A stretch of 64,000 nt of DNA. It comes from an uncultured Pseudomonadota bacterium (GTDB lineage Bacteria; Myxococcota_A; Polyangia; Fen-1088). A program made the translations under genes and the position numbers. Position 1 is the first letter of the stretch, and each line of letters starts with the position of its first letter. The notes beneath the pieces are model-generated. The model was not told the origin of the DNA. It did no database searches and worked only from the letters and a program-made list of their open reading frames with translations. Below are positions 17,656 to 27,599 of this stretch, one piece after another. The stretch covers positions 64,001 to 128,000 of the forward strand of contig CAWKBC010000001.1 in the NCBI GenBank assembly GCA_963847705.1, given 5' to 3'.

Positions 17656-18369
17656 ATGAGGCTCATGATGACGCTGCTCGCGGACTCGCTGCAGGAGGCG
17701 GACGTCGACGTGATCTCGGCGTACCTCGCGCAGCACCACGTGAACGTGCTCGGGTCGGAGCAACTCCTCGATGAGGGCGCCACGATCTCCCAGCGCGGCG
17801 AGTCGCCGGCGGTCGTCGCGCGCGATGTCTCCGCGCTGCGTGCGCTCTGGGTCGTCGACATGCCCTCGCGCGCGGCGGCGGTGGAGCTGGCGAAGAATGC
17901 GCCCGGCGGCGAGGGCACGCTCGAGGTTCGCGAGTCGTATACGCCTCAAGACTTCGGCGCGCCGCCGGATCCGAGTCCGCCGGCGGCGCTACCGCTGCCG
18001 GTGCGAAAGCCCGGAACGCATCGGTACATCGCGATGGTCCGCGCCGGCCACGAGTCGGGCGAAGCACCGGCACTCTCATCGATCGCGCGCATGGACGCGT
18101 ACTGCGCACCGCTCGTCGAAGCCAACACGATGATCGGCGGCGAAGGGCTCAAGCCGAGCACGAAGGGCACGCGCATTCGTCGATCGGCGGCGCAGCGGTT
18201 CGTGCTCGACGGTCCGTTCGCCGAATCCAAGGAGCTCGTCGGTGGCTACCTGGTCGTGCAGGTGCCCACCCTCGACCAGGCCATCGACACCATTCGCCCG
18301 TGGCTGCCCATCCATCGCGAGGGACAGCGGACGGACCACGTCACGATCGAGGTTCGCCGGCTGCCGTGA
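17656..18369 (+). CDS. YciI/DGPF family protein with a degenerate N-terminal YciI-like copy
   Basis: DGPFAESKELVGGY and IEVRR in the C-half; the N-half ends in the parallel motif SRAAAVELAK...LEVRE. Confidence 0.8.
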   Translation: MRLMMTLLADSLQEADVDVISAYLAQHHVNVLGSEQLLDEGATISQRGESPAVVARDVSALRALWVVDMPSRAAAVELAKNAPGGEGTLEVRESYTPQDFGAPPDPSPPAALPLPVRKPGTHRYIAMVRAGHESGEAPALSSIARMDAYCAPLVEANTMIGGEGLKPSTKGTRIRRSAAQRFVLDGPFAESKELVGGYLVVQVPTLDQAIDTIRPWLPIHREGQRTDHVTIEVRRLP

Positions 18370-18456
18370 ACCAGCGGGACGGCGACGTTCGGCGGGCAAC
18401 GGACCGGGCTGCTCGCGGTCGATGAACGCGATATCTTCGTGCAAACACGGGCGAAC

Positions 18457-18640
18457 ATGCTCACCATCGGAGACTTCACCTGGGACGGCTTCTTCTGGAG
18501 CACGAGCGTTTATCTTCCGTCGTGGGCCGGACTTCAGAACCGGCGCGGAGCGTATGGCAGCCGCGACGGTGACAAGCCGGCCGGTGGCAAAGTGCCGCTC
18601 GTGTTCGCGCCCGAAGGACGTGACGACGCACCTCTCACAT
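18457..18640 (+). pseudogene. N-terminal remnant of a conserved hypothetical protein
   Basis: MLTIGDFTWDGFFW...LPSWAGLQNRRGAYGSRD...FAPEGRDDAPLT reads as protein-like, then runs into low-quality sequence. Confidence 0.3.
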
Positions 18641-18905
18641 CGAGAAAGGAGGCCTTCCGTACGTCGGTCTCGAGCTCGGCTGCTCCTGGGACGTCGAGCA
18701 TGGCCTCGGAGCCCTTCTACACGGTACGCGCGTCGTAGAGATCGGTGGTGCGGACACCGCGATCCTTCTCTGGATCGCTGAACGAGATGCGAAGCGGAGA
18801 TAGCCGGGCCGGGCTCGAGAGGAAGCGGCAAGCTGCCCAACCCCGTGAGCCTGGCCCGGGCCGAGGGTGCGGGCCGGATGACCAGCGATTGAGCCTGACG
18901 CCCGC

Positions 18906-20072
18906 TTGCGCGGCGCGCAGCTTGACGGCACGATCGTTGACCAGACAGGAGTCATCCTGCGGACGCAAGTCGTCATATTTGCAGTCGTGACCACGCTGGC
19001 CGCACCCGTCTCGGGGCGGCAGAAGGTTCCGGACGTCATTCCTGGCGAGCCTTGGCGACTCCTGCGGGAGCTGACTGCGGGGCCGTTCCGCTTCGGCATT
19101 TTCCAGAGCGCCAAGGAACGATCGCTGGAGTCCGCGCTCGTCCAGGGGTCGGTCGCCGGGAAAGTCGCATGGACCACCATTGACGTCGGATCCGTCGGAG
19201 ATCGCGGAATAGGGGGCGACCCCGCAGCTCTCCTGGTGACGGCGACGCCGGTCGACGGCCGGGCCAAGGACCTCTTCCTGGTTCACGTCAGCACACCTCC
19301 GAATTCTGGCGCGAGCGCGACGCCGGCGTCCCAGTTTCTGGTTTCGCGTGACCACGCCCAGGCTCGACTCGTCTGTCGACTGCCGGACGAACCATTGGAG
19401 ATCACCATTATCGAAGCGGCGCCCCTGCTGACCTTCGCAGTCAGTACAGGCGCGGCGCGCGTCCGCTTCGTCGCCCGGCAGAATGACCTGTGTGAGCTGG
19501 CATCATCCGATCCGCAAGACCGGGATTCAGAGAAGAACCTCCTGTTCGAAGCGGCCGTGGCGCAGGGCGAGATGTTTCGTGCGGCCGGAGCCTGGAAGAA
19601 GGCTGGCGACGCCTTTCAGCAAGCCTTGCATCTTCGCCCCACGAGCCGACAGGCAGAATGGCTCGCGCGCTCGGCAATCGACGTGCGCTCCAGCTACAAT
19701 GACATCGGGTGCTGGCTTCACCAAGACGACCTGCGAGAGCGCCCAATTGCAGGGGTGCTGAAGCTCCTTCTCGATTCGTACGATGAGTACCTCTCGCTCT
19801 TCCCCCAGACCGAGTACGCGGCGCAGGTGCGCTACAGAAAAGCCGACCAGCTCGAGCGCTGCAACCACCTGGAAGCCGCCGCAGTCCTCTTCAAGGAGGT
19901 TTTCGAAGGGTCTCCAAAGGACGAGTTGAGTCCCTATGCGCACCAACACCACGACGCGATCGTGGAATTGATCCGGCAGCGCGAACAGAAACCGAGCTCC
20001 AAGACAGGCGCTGCGGCCCAAACCCGCGTTACGCCCGACGGTCCTGCGACCCGCGGGTCGCCAACGCCCTGA
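18906..20072 (+). CDS. hypothetical exported protein with C-terminal TPR-like repeats (start uncertain)
   Basis: 388-aa ORF; TPR-like helices (GEMFRAAGAWKKAGDAFQQAL; YRKADQLERCNHLEAAAVLF); atypical codon usage. Confidence 0.55.
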   Translation: MRGAQLDGTIVDQTGVILRTQVVIFAVVTTLAAPVSGRQKVPDVIPGEPWRLLRELTAGPFRFGIFQSAKERSLESALVQGSVAGKVAWTTIDVGSVGDRGIGGDPAALLVTATPVDGRAKDLFLVHVSTPPNSGASATPASQFLVSRDHAQARLVCRLPDEPLEITIIEAAPLLTFAVSTGAARVRFVARQNDLCELASSDPQDRDSEKNLLFEAAVAQGEMFRAAGAWKKAGDAFQQALHLRPTSRQAEWLARSAIDVRSSYNDIGCWLHQDDLRERPIAGVLKLLLDSYDEYLSLFPQTEYAAQVRYRKADQLERCNHLEAAAVLFKEVFEGSPKDELSPYAHQHHDAIVELIRQREQKPSSKTGAAAQTRVTPDGPATRGSPTP

Positions 20073-20096
20073 CGCTGGCTGACCCGGACGGCCAAG

Positions 20097-20777
20097 ATGC
20101 TTCGACTCATCGGATACTGGAAGGGCAGTCTTGGGGACGAGTACCCTTTTCCGCAGGAGGTCAGCGCGGGGTACACCCCTGACCTTCGCGACAAGCTCCT
20201 CGCCTATCTCGAGTCGGGCGAAGTCTTCCAGCGACATCGCGGGTTCTCGTGGTGCCGGTTCGGCTGTTCTGAACCCAATGGCAGTGCAGAGCTCACCGAT
20301 GGAAGGTGGGTGTGGCCGCAGGGCCTGGCGCACTACATACGTCACCATCGGGTCGCGTTGCCTGCGGAGTTTCTCCGCGACGTCGCCGACCCGTCTCGGC
20401 TCGCCGGGGCATCCGGGAGGCAACCGTCGCCAAGGTCGGCCGTGGACCATTCCTATTGGATCGCGTGGGCGCGCTCTTACCGCATCGGCGCCGTCGAGGC
20501 CTTGCTCGAAGAGGCGCGGGCGAACGCGACCCGTGCTTGCCAGGCGATGTTGGAGGCCGCCGCCCTTCAACGAACGGCGCTCGAAGGCTCCGGGACGACT
20601 TCATGCGCGACGGCGGCGTGCGTTCGTCAGGTCGTGGCGGGGAAGGCGTTCTGCGCTCGCTGCTTGACCGAGCCCGATCGGCGGAGGGTGCAGCTCAGCG
20701 CTGATGCGCGCGAACTGAAAAGGGTGATCGACCTGCTGCCCGGCGCGCTGCCAACCCGTTCGTCGGAACACACGTGA
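20097..20777 (+). CDS. conserved hypothetical protein (IGYW...CRFGC...WVWPQGLAHY) with Cys-rich C-terminus
   Basis: motif set AYLESG, GFSWCR, NGSAELTDG, LAHYI..H; C-terminal CxxxxC...CxxC. Confidence 0.65.
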   Translation: MLRLIGYWKGSLGDEYPFPQEVSAGYTPDLRDKLLAYLESGEVFQRHRGFSWCRFGCSEPNGSAELTDGRWVWPQGLAHYIRHHRVALPAEFLRDVADPSRLAGASGRQPSPRSAVDHSYWIAWARSYRIGAVEALLEEARANATRACQAMLEAAALQRTALEGSGTTSCATAACVRQVVAGKAFCARCLTEPDRRRVQLSADARELKRVIDLLPGALPTRSSEHT

Positions 20778-20858
20778 TCGTCGCCTGGCCATGTGGGGTT
20801 AGGAAGTTCACATCACGCGTGCCGAGGAATGGAGACAACGTCACGCCTGGCAATCAAG

Positions 20859-21350
20859 TGGTGGGACCGGAGAACACGGCGGTGCGGGTCGCCTTGTGGC
20901 GGGCGCTGCACCTCGAGGTCGATGACCCGCCGCACGTGTTCGAAGACGACGCCGGCCTCAAGCTGGTGGCTCCAGACGCAGGGTGGCGCAGCCGTCCCGA
21001 CATGAGCCCGTTCACGCGCCCCTTCCGGACCTCCATCCTGGCCCGGGCCCGCTTCGTCGAAGATCTCGTGGCCGAACGAGCCACCCGTGGGGTCGGGCAG
21101 TACGTCATCCTCGGCGCGGGCCTCGACACCTTCGCCCAGCGGCTGCTGGACCTGGCCTCCCGGCTGCTGGTGTTCGAGATCGATCAACCCGGCCCTCAGG
21201 CCTGGAAGCGCCAGCGTCTCGTCGACCTGGGGCCTCGGCATCCCGCCGTTCTTGCGCCTGGTGCCCGGTCGACTTCGAGGGCCAGGAAGGGCGAGACGCC
21301 TGGTAGGAGCGGCTGGCGGCGTCGGGCTTCGACCGCTCCCTCGGTCCTCT
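20859..21350 (+). pseudogene. class I SAM-dependent methyltransferase (LCM/TcmP-like), disrupted and truncated
   Basis: TAVRVALWRA, ARARFVED, QYVILGAGLDTF, VFEIDQP; then two homopolymer frameshifts, a TAG at ~21304 and loss of the C-terminal half after GFDRS. Confidence 0.75.
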
Positions 21351-21475
21351 GAAGGGATCACGAGCAGGCTCCCGATCCGCGGATCGCGTCAACCGTCAAG
21401 CGGCTGACCGGCACCCTTGATAAGGAAGTTACTCGCGTGATTGAAGAGGTCGCGATACTTTAGCGACACTCACCG

Positions 21476-22153
21476 ATGCCGAACACGAACACCGACACGA
21501 AGACCATCGATGACAACGCACTGACCATTGACCACCCGCGGGTCCGCCTGGTCGACCGAGAGATCTTCACGCTGCGATTCGTCAGCGACTGCATGCAGCA
21601 CGAGTGCCTCTGCCGGGACGAGAAGGATCTGGCGCGCACCGACGCCTGCTGCCAGCACGGAGCGGACGTCTTGCGCAGCGAGAAGAGCGCCATCTTGGCC
21701 CGCGCCTCCGAGATCGCCTCCGTTCTGAAGCCGGAATGGAAGAAGCCCGAGAGCTGGTTCGACGAGCGCGATCCCGAGGTCATCTCCGAGGAGCCCTTCG
21801 TCGACGTGGTTCGGACCGGGACGACCGACCTGGACGTCGACACCTCGGGCTGCATCTTTCTGAATCACGAGGGTGACCGGGGATGCGGGCTGCACGCCGC
21901 CGCCCTCAAGCACGGCTTCGACCCGGCGGAGATCAAGCCCTCCGTCTGCCGCCTCTATCCGTTGAGCCTCGACGACGGACACCTGGGCCTCAGCCCGGAC
22001 TTCGATCGCTACTCATGCGCCAACTCCGGCACCAACTCCCTTTATGGGGTCCTGCGCGGCGTGCTCGGCGAAATGTACGGCGACGACCTGGTTCAGATCC
22101 TGGACGGCCTGAACGCAAAGTTTCGGGTGCGCCGCTTGAAAAGCCTCCGCTGA
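21476..22153 (+). CDS. Cys-rich DUF3109/YkgJ-like protein
   Basis: DACCQHGA, GCIFL, GCGLH, KPSVCRLYPL. Confidence 0.72.
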   Translation: MPNTNTDTKTIDDNALTIDHPRVRLVDREIFTLRFVSDCMQHECLCRDEKDLARTDACCQHGADVLRSEKSAILARASEIASVLKPEWKKPESWFDERDPEVISEEPFVDVVRTGTTDLDVDTSGCIFLNHEGDRGCGLHAAALKHGFDPAEIKPSVCRLYPLSLDDGHLGLSPDFDRYSCANSGTNSLYGVLRGVLGEMYGDDLVQILDGLNAKFRVRRLKSLR

Positions 22154-22186
22154 GGCGGGTGGCACCGGCGGAACCCCGCGGGCGAC

Positions 22187-22786
22187 GTGAAGAGGGTTGC
22201 CGTCTTCGGGAACGCCGCGGGGGGCAAGTCGACCCTGGCCAGGAGGCTGGCGGAGCTGACCGGCATCCCGCTCCATCCCTTGGACCTGATCCAGTACCGG
22301 GTCGGCGGCGCCAAGGTTCCGCACGACGAATATCTGAAGGCGCACGCGGAGCTGCTGCAGCGTGAGGCGTGGATCATCGACGGCTACGGCTGCCGCAAAT
22401 CTACCTGGGAGCGCTTCGCCCGCGCGGACACGCTGGTCTACATCGATCTGCCGCTCGTCACCCACTATCGGTGGTGCACGAAGCGGCTGTTCCAAGGCCT
22501 CTTCGTCACTCCCGAGGGGTGGCCCGAGGGCAGTCCCATCCTCAGCAGCACGCTCAGCTGCTACCACACGATCTGGCTATGCCATCGGCATCTGACACCC
22601 AGGTATAGAGAGCTCGTGTCCCAGGTTCGGGCACACAAGCGGGTTCATCACCTGCGGTCCACGGCCGAGATGTCCGCGTTCCTGGCGGGCTTGCTCGCGG
22701 AGGTCGAGGCTCGTCAGGGTGGCGACCATGAAGGCGCCGCGCGTCCAGCTGATGGCGACCTGTCTCGCCGTCGTCGCTTGCGCTAA
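22187..22786 (+). CDS. adenylate-kinase-like P-loop protein (FlaR family)
   Basis: GNAAGGKSTLAR, WIIDGY, ADTLVYIDLP. Confidence 0.85.
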   Translation: MKRVAVFGNAAGGKSTLARRLAELTGIPLHPLDLIQYRVGGAKVPHDEYLKAHAELLQREAWIIDGYGCRKSTWERFARADTLVYIDLPLVTHYRWCTKRLFQGLFVTPEGWPEGSPILSSTLSCYHTIWLCHRHLTPRYRELVSQVRAHKRVHHLRSTAEMSAFLAGLLAEVEARQGGDHEGAARPADGDLSRRRRLR

Positions 22787-23086
22787 AAGCGGCCCAGCGC
22801 CGCCAGTCCCGGGACGGAAGCGCACGTGACGTCGCTGAACGCGATGGGCGCCAACGTGACGGGACCCGTCGGGGTGGGCGCCTGACGGGCGTTGGTTCGA
22901 TGTTCATGCGGTTCATTTCCAGCAAGGCCCGTCCCTCAGGCGACGGCCGGATCCGCGCGGCGATGAAACGAAAAGGCACCGCGGCGAGGACGGAGGCCTG
23001 ACACGATTGTCGCACCGCCCGTCGATCGAGTTGGCGGCGTCTGCTCGTTTGGCGCGCCCGAACCTCTCAAGTAACATCGAGGGAAG

Positions 23087-23788
23087 ATGAAGCCGCACGT
23101 CATCTGCCACATGATGGTCTCCCTCGACGGCCGCATTCATCCGAGCCGCTGGACGGCGAGCCCGGACGGCAACCGCCAGGACTGGGCGAAGGTGTACGAA
23201 GACTTGCACGGCACGCTGGCGGGTGACGCCTGGCTGGTCGGTCGCGTGACGATGGCCGAGATGAGCAAAGGGACGCCGCACCCGCCGTCGCGTGCCGAGA
23301 AGGTGGCGCGGCCGCGCCATTTCGCGAAGCGCGACGCCGGGTCGTACGCCATCGCCTTCGACCGCTCGGGCAAACTGCACTTCGCCAAGGCCGACATCGG
23401 CGGCGACCACGTCGTGGTGCTGCTCGGCCCGGGCGTGCCGGACGCCCACCTCGCGGAGCTGGCGGGCGACGGCATCTCCTACGTCGTCGCGCCCGACGAA
23501 GCGATGGACCCGCGGCCCCTGTTCGAGCTCCTGGGACGCGAGCTCGGCATCAAACGGCTGCTGGTCGAAGGCGGCGGCAACGTGAACGGTTCGTTGCTGG
23601 CGGCCGGCGTTGTCGACGAGATCAGCCTCATGATCGCCCCCGCCATCGACGGCGCCCTCGGCATCACCGGCGTCTTCGAGGTGCCTGCGGCGACTGGGCT
23701 CGCGGGCAAGGTGCGGCTGCGGTTCGTGGCGAACGAAGCGCTCGCGCACGGGGTGGTGCACCTGCGGTACGCGGTGGAAGCCGGCTGA
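23087..23788 (+). CDS. RibD-family reductase-like protein
   Basis: CHMMVSLDGRI, GRVTM, LLVEGGGNVNG, VDEISL. Confidence 0.87.
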   Translation: MKPHVICHMMVSLDGRIHPSRWTASPDGNRQDWAKVYEDLHGTLAGDAWLVGRVTMAEMSKGTPHPPSRAEKVARPRHFAKRDAGSYAIAFDRSGKLHFAKADIGGDHVVVLLGPGVPDAHLAELAGDGISYVVAPDEAMDPRPLFELLGRELGIKRLLVEGGGNVNGSLLAAGVVDEISLMIAPAIDGALGITGVFEVPAATGLAGKVRLRFVANEALAHGVVHLRYAVEAG

Positions 23789-23888
23789 GACAGCCGGGGC
23801 GCGGGGCGTGGTGCGCCGGGGCGAGATGATGAAAGCTCCGGCACGCGGACGGCTCCGGCCGAGCATCGGCGTCGCAACGCGGGCGGCT

Positions 23889-24122
23889 TTGCTGCAGCAC
23901 GCGTCGATCTTCGACTATGTCGCGGTCAGCGGCGGGCTGGAGAGACCGTCGATCGAATACGTCGATCACCTGCACGAGCACTTCATCGACCCTTGCGTGC
24001 TCCGCGGCGGGTGCTATCAGGTTCCCACGGCGGCGGGGGCCAGTATCACCATGAAACGCGGCTCGCTGGAGGCGGACAGCTATCTCGGCGGGTCGATCTG
24101 GAAGGAGATTCTCTCGACATGA
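23889..24122 (+). pseudogene. C-terminal remnant of L-fuconate dehydratase (enolase superfamily)
   Basis: QHASIFDYVAVSG...IEYVDHLHEHFIDP...YQVPTAAG; stop still overlaps the FAH start codon; no N-terminal part. Confidence 0.7.
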
Positions 24123-24919
24123 AGCTCGTTCGTTATCTCGACGGCGCGGGAGGCGCGCACTACGGCACCGAGGAGGGCGATCGCGTCCTCGAGATCGAAG
24201 GCGACATCTTTGGCGACCACACGGTCACCAAAAACGCCGCCGAGGTTCAACGCTTGCTGGCGCCGATCGAGGTCAAACAGATCCTCGGGATCGGGCTCAA
24301 TTACCGGCGCCACGCCGAGGAGACCAACGCCAAGATCCCCGAGTACCCGATCCTGTTCATGAAGGGGGTCAACGCCGTTCAGGGTCCCGGTGGGCCGATC
24401 GTGATTCCGGGCCACCTGCCGAGCGCCGAGGTCGATTATGAGTGCGAGCTGGCGGTGGTGATCGGACGGACCTGCAAGAACGTGTCGCGCGCGCAGGCCC
24501 TCGATTACGTCCTCGGCTACACCTGCGCCAACGACGTCTCCGCCCGCGACTGGCAGAAGCAGTACGGCGGCGGCCAGTGGTGCCGGGGGAAGACCTTCGA
24601 CACCTTCGCGCCGCTCGGCCCACGCCTGGTGACGCGCGACGAGCTCCCCGAGCCCAACGCGCTCAAGATCGCCACCATCCTCAACGGCGAACGCGTCCAG
24701 GACTGGACCACCTCCGACATGATCTTCGACGTCCCGCGCCTCATCGAGTTCCTGAGCGGCAGCACCACGCTGGTGCCCGGCACCGTCATCTTGACCGGCA
24801 CGCCCCACGGCGTCGGCATGGCCCGAAAGCCGCCCCTCTGGCTCAAGCCCGGCGACACGGTGTCGGTCGAGATCGAGGGGATCGGTCTGCTCACCAACCC
24901 GGTCGTCGCCGAGATGTGA
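24119..24919 (+). CDS. fumarylacetoacetate hydrolase family protein
   Basis: GIGLNY..H, DYECELAVVIG, ANDVSARDWQ, GKTFDTF, TGTPHGVG. Confidence 0.93.
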   Translation: MKLVRYLDGAGGAHYGTEEGDRVLEIEGDIFGDHTVTKNAAEVQRLLAPIEVKQILGIGLNYRRHAEETNAKIPEYPILFMKGVNAVQGPGGPIVIPGHLPSAEVDYECELAVVIGRTCKNVSRAQALDYVLGYTCANDVSARDWQKQYGGGQWCRGKTFDTFAPLGPRLVTRDELPEPNALKIATILNGERVQDWTTSDMIFDVPRLIEFLSGSTTLVPGTVILTGTPHGVGMARKPPLWLKPGDTVSVEIEGIGLLTNPVVAEM

Positions 24920-24993
24920 AGCGCGGGGTCAGCAAGTTGTCGTGTTGCGACTCGCGCCGGGTGGCGGGTGATGATGAAAGTGATGGCTGACGC

Positions 24994-25083
24994 CTACAGG
25001 ATGCGGACGCCGGAGCTGGGCTCGAAGACGTAAATCTCCGCTGGGCGGCCGGCGCGGCTCCGATAGCTCGCGGCGACCGCGTG
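24994..25083 (-). pseudogene. possible C-terminal remnant of a galactokinase/GHMP kinase
   Basis: AVAASYRSRAGRPAEIYVFEPSSGVRIL* resembles GalK C-termini; no upstream kinase motifs. Confidence 0.3.
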
Positions 25084-25244
25084 GGTCGGCGGTCTCCCTG
25101 CTGTCGATGGCGACGAGAATCTGCTCCTCGAGGTCGAGACACCGCCCGACCGCGGGCTGTCGTGGTCGCGGAGGACGGGCCCGCCGGCGCGGCGGCCTCC
25201 GCACAGGGCCGCCGCAGGCTGTCCCAGGTGCGCGTCACCCGAGC

Positions 25245-25703
25245 TCACCGGCTGGTCACGGCCGCGACAATCAACAGCGCGCCCACGGCGTGGAGGACGA
25301 GCCGTTCGCGGCCACGGTCGCGCCGCTGGTGTCGCAGCGACCCGCGGAGCGCCAGGACGAGCCCGGCGATGCTGCCGGCGACGATCCCGACGAACGCCTG
25401 GCCGAGCGGCATCACCCGGTGTCCGTCGGGAGTCACGGGCGGCCAGGCGCAGAGCGCGAGCCAGGTGCAGAGAGAGATCCCCGACGCCACGAAGCAGCCG
25501 CTCCAGAGCAACACCGTGAGGCCGTCGCGCGGCCAGGACCGGTCTGACCCGCGCGTTCCGGCGCTCAGCAGCGCGTGCGCGACGAACAGCGCTGCCACGA
25601 ACACACGCGGCGCGGGCTTGAGCGCGCCGATCTCGAGGGCAGGAACGGCCGCCGCCACCAAGAGCAGCGCGTAGCGAAGCCCGGACCTGGCATCATCGCG
25701 CAC
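25245..25703 (-). CDS. hypothetical integral membrane protein
   Basis: GTG start 11 bp after the upstream stop; 4-5 hydrophobic segments. Confidence 0.55.
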   Translation of the reverse strand: MRDDARSGLRYALLLVAAAVPALEIGALKPAPRVFVAALFVAHALLSAGTRGSDRSWPRDGLTVLLWSGCFVASGISLCTWLALCAWPPVTPDGHRVMPLGQAFVGIVAGSIAGLVLALRGSLRHQRRDRGRERLVLHAVGALLIVAAVTSR

Positions 25704-25714
25704 GCGCGGCGACG

Positions 25715-27511
25715 TTACTGGGAGCAGGTCGAGACGGTGGCCTGTGCCGCGTGGGTGGTGCCGTTGTAGAGCGACACCACGAAGCTGCCCTGGAAATTGC
25801 TGATGCCGGCCTGGATGCCGCCGGCCGCGCTGATCACGGTCCCTTGATCCTGCGCCTTGGAGCCGTCGGCGCTCACGTAGATGAAGGCTGCCCCGTCGTT
25901 CTGGAGCAGCACCGCCGCCGCCCCGCCGCCGCTCGGATCGTCGTTGATCATCTTGCCGGTCGCCGCGGTCGAGGTGAACGAGAACGTCTTCAGCGGGGGA
26001 AGGCCGGCGTCCGGGGCCCCCGCGTCGGAGATCACCGAGCTCATGCCGGTCAGGGGAACGAAGGCGCCGCTGACGCTTCCGCCGCCGGTGTACATCGCCA
26101 CGAAGCCGGCGGTCGTCCCGGCGCAGGAGACCCAATTGTCGACGCCGCCCGCCTGCAGGGTGATGAAGTGACCGACCTGGAAACCGTCCCCGTCCACGAT
26201 CGTGAGGTAGGGCCAATCGTTGGTCGATTGGTAGGCGAGGCCGAGGTACGTCCCCGACACCCCGACGTAAGCGTCATCCTCGCTGTTGGGCTCGTAGAGA
26301 TTGCCGATCGTGGGGATGGCGTTGATGGCCGCGCCCGAGGCGGTCCCGTTCGGGTGGTACTTGCGCACGCGCGCGTACCAGCCGTTGCTCCCCTGGTACT
26401 TCCAGGAGAAGACGAACAGCTGCGTCGACGGCTGCCAGATGACGCGCGCGCTCCCGGTGTAGACGCTCTCCAGCTGAACGGTCTTTTCAACCGAAAGCGA
26501 TGCGGTGCCGCCGTCGCCCGGCGCCGTGGCGAGGGTCGTCATGTAGAGCTGGTCGGCGTAGGTATTGCCCGTGCCGGCTGCGTAGAGCAGCGCGATCTCG
26601 CCCGTCGGGGCGACCGCGACGTCATCGATACCGACCGCCGGACGATAGGGGATGGAGAGGAGAAACTGACTGGGTCCCCGCTTGATTCCGGTGACGGGGT
26701 CGAACATCTGAACGAAGATGGCGCTGCCTGCCAGCGCGCCGCCGTCCGCGCCGCCGTCGACGGGGGCCGGACCCTCGTAAGCGCTGAAGATGAAGAGAGT
26801 GTCGGCGTTGCGAACTGCCACCGCCGAGGTGAAGCCGGGGTTGGCGTCCCCCTGCGAGACGTTGGCGAACTCGAGCTGAGGGCCCACGCAGCTGCTTCCC
26901 CCGGAACCGCCGCCGCTCTTGCCACCGCCTGCGGTTCCACCGGCGCCCACGTGGCCGGTGCCACCCGTGCCACCCGAGCCAGTTGAACCGGCGCCGCCGT
27001 CGGTCTGACCCGTGGTCACCACCTGGACGTCATTGGTCCCCGGCACCAGCTGCGACGGTAGCGCGCAGACCTTCGAGTCGGTGCAGACCTGCGGCGAAAC
27101 ACAGTCGACGTTCGCCTGGCACTGGTTGCGGCACTGCTCGTCGCGGGCGCAGACGAGCGGCGAGTTGCAATTGCTGTTGTAGACGCACGTCACCTCCGTC
27201 GGGAGCTGGCAGACGTTGATCGTGCTGCCGCCGCTCGTGCTGCCGCCGCTCGTGCTGGCGTCGGTCGCGCCGGCGTCGGTTGCGCCGGCGTCGCCCGCCG
27301 CGCCCGCCTTCACGCACAGTTCACCGGCCGGGCAGTCGCCGTTCACGGCGCAGGCGGTGTGACAGAACCCGAAGGTGCAGGTCAGCCCCGCGGCGCACTG
27401 GCTGTTCAGCGCGCAGCCCATGCCGGGCGCGGGCTTAATCGCCCCGCCTCCGCAGCCCGACAGCAGGCCCACCGAACCCAGCACCAGACAGACGACGACG
27501 AGCTGCTTCAT
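25715..27511 (-). CDS. Cys-rich lipoprotein with Gly linker and beta-rich C-terminal domain
   Basis: AGGAG RBS, LLSGC lipobox, repeated C..NS.C...L.C units, DAG/GG linkers. Confidence 0.8.
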   Translation of the reverse strand: MKQLVVVCLVLGSVGLLSGCGGGAIKPAPGMGCALNSQCAAGLTCTFGFCHTACAVNGDCPAGELCVKAGAAGDAGATDAGATDASTSGGSTSGGSTINVCQLPTEVTCVYNSNCNSPLVCARDEQCRNQCQANVDCVSPQVCTDSKVCALPSQLVPGTNDVQVVTTGQTDGGAGSTGSGGTGGTGHVGAGGTAGGGKSGGGSGGSSCVGPQLEFANVSQGDANPGFTSAVAVRNADTLFIFSAYEGPAPVDGGADGGALAGSAIFVQMFDPVTGIKRGPSQFLLSIPYRPAVGIDDVAVAPTGEIALLYAAGTGNTYADQLYMTTLATAPGDGGTASLSVEKTVQLESVYTGSARVIWQPSTQLFVFSWKYQGSNGWYARVRKYHPNGTASGAAINAIPTIGNLYEPNSEDDAYVGVSGTYLGLAYQSTNDWPYLTIVDGDGFQVGHFITLQAGGVDNWVSCAGTTAGFVAMYTGGGSVSGAFVPLTGMSSVISDAGAPDAGLPPLKTFSFTSTAATGKMINDDPSGGGAAAVLLQNDGAAFIYVSADGSKAQDQGTVISAAGGIQAGISNFQGSFVVSLYNGTTHAAQATVSTCSQ

Positions 27512-27599
27512 GTCTCCTAGAATCCCCCGGCTAAGAAGATCCTGGACCATATCAGAAGTCCGCGGTCCGGTTGGCCCTGCGATCCTCGGGCAGATGGGC

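Noticed and set aside
22728-22829. 33-aa ORF with a lipobox-like sequence (LAVVAC)
   Set aside because: Too short and overlaps the upstream gene; at most a remnant.
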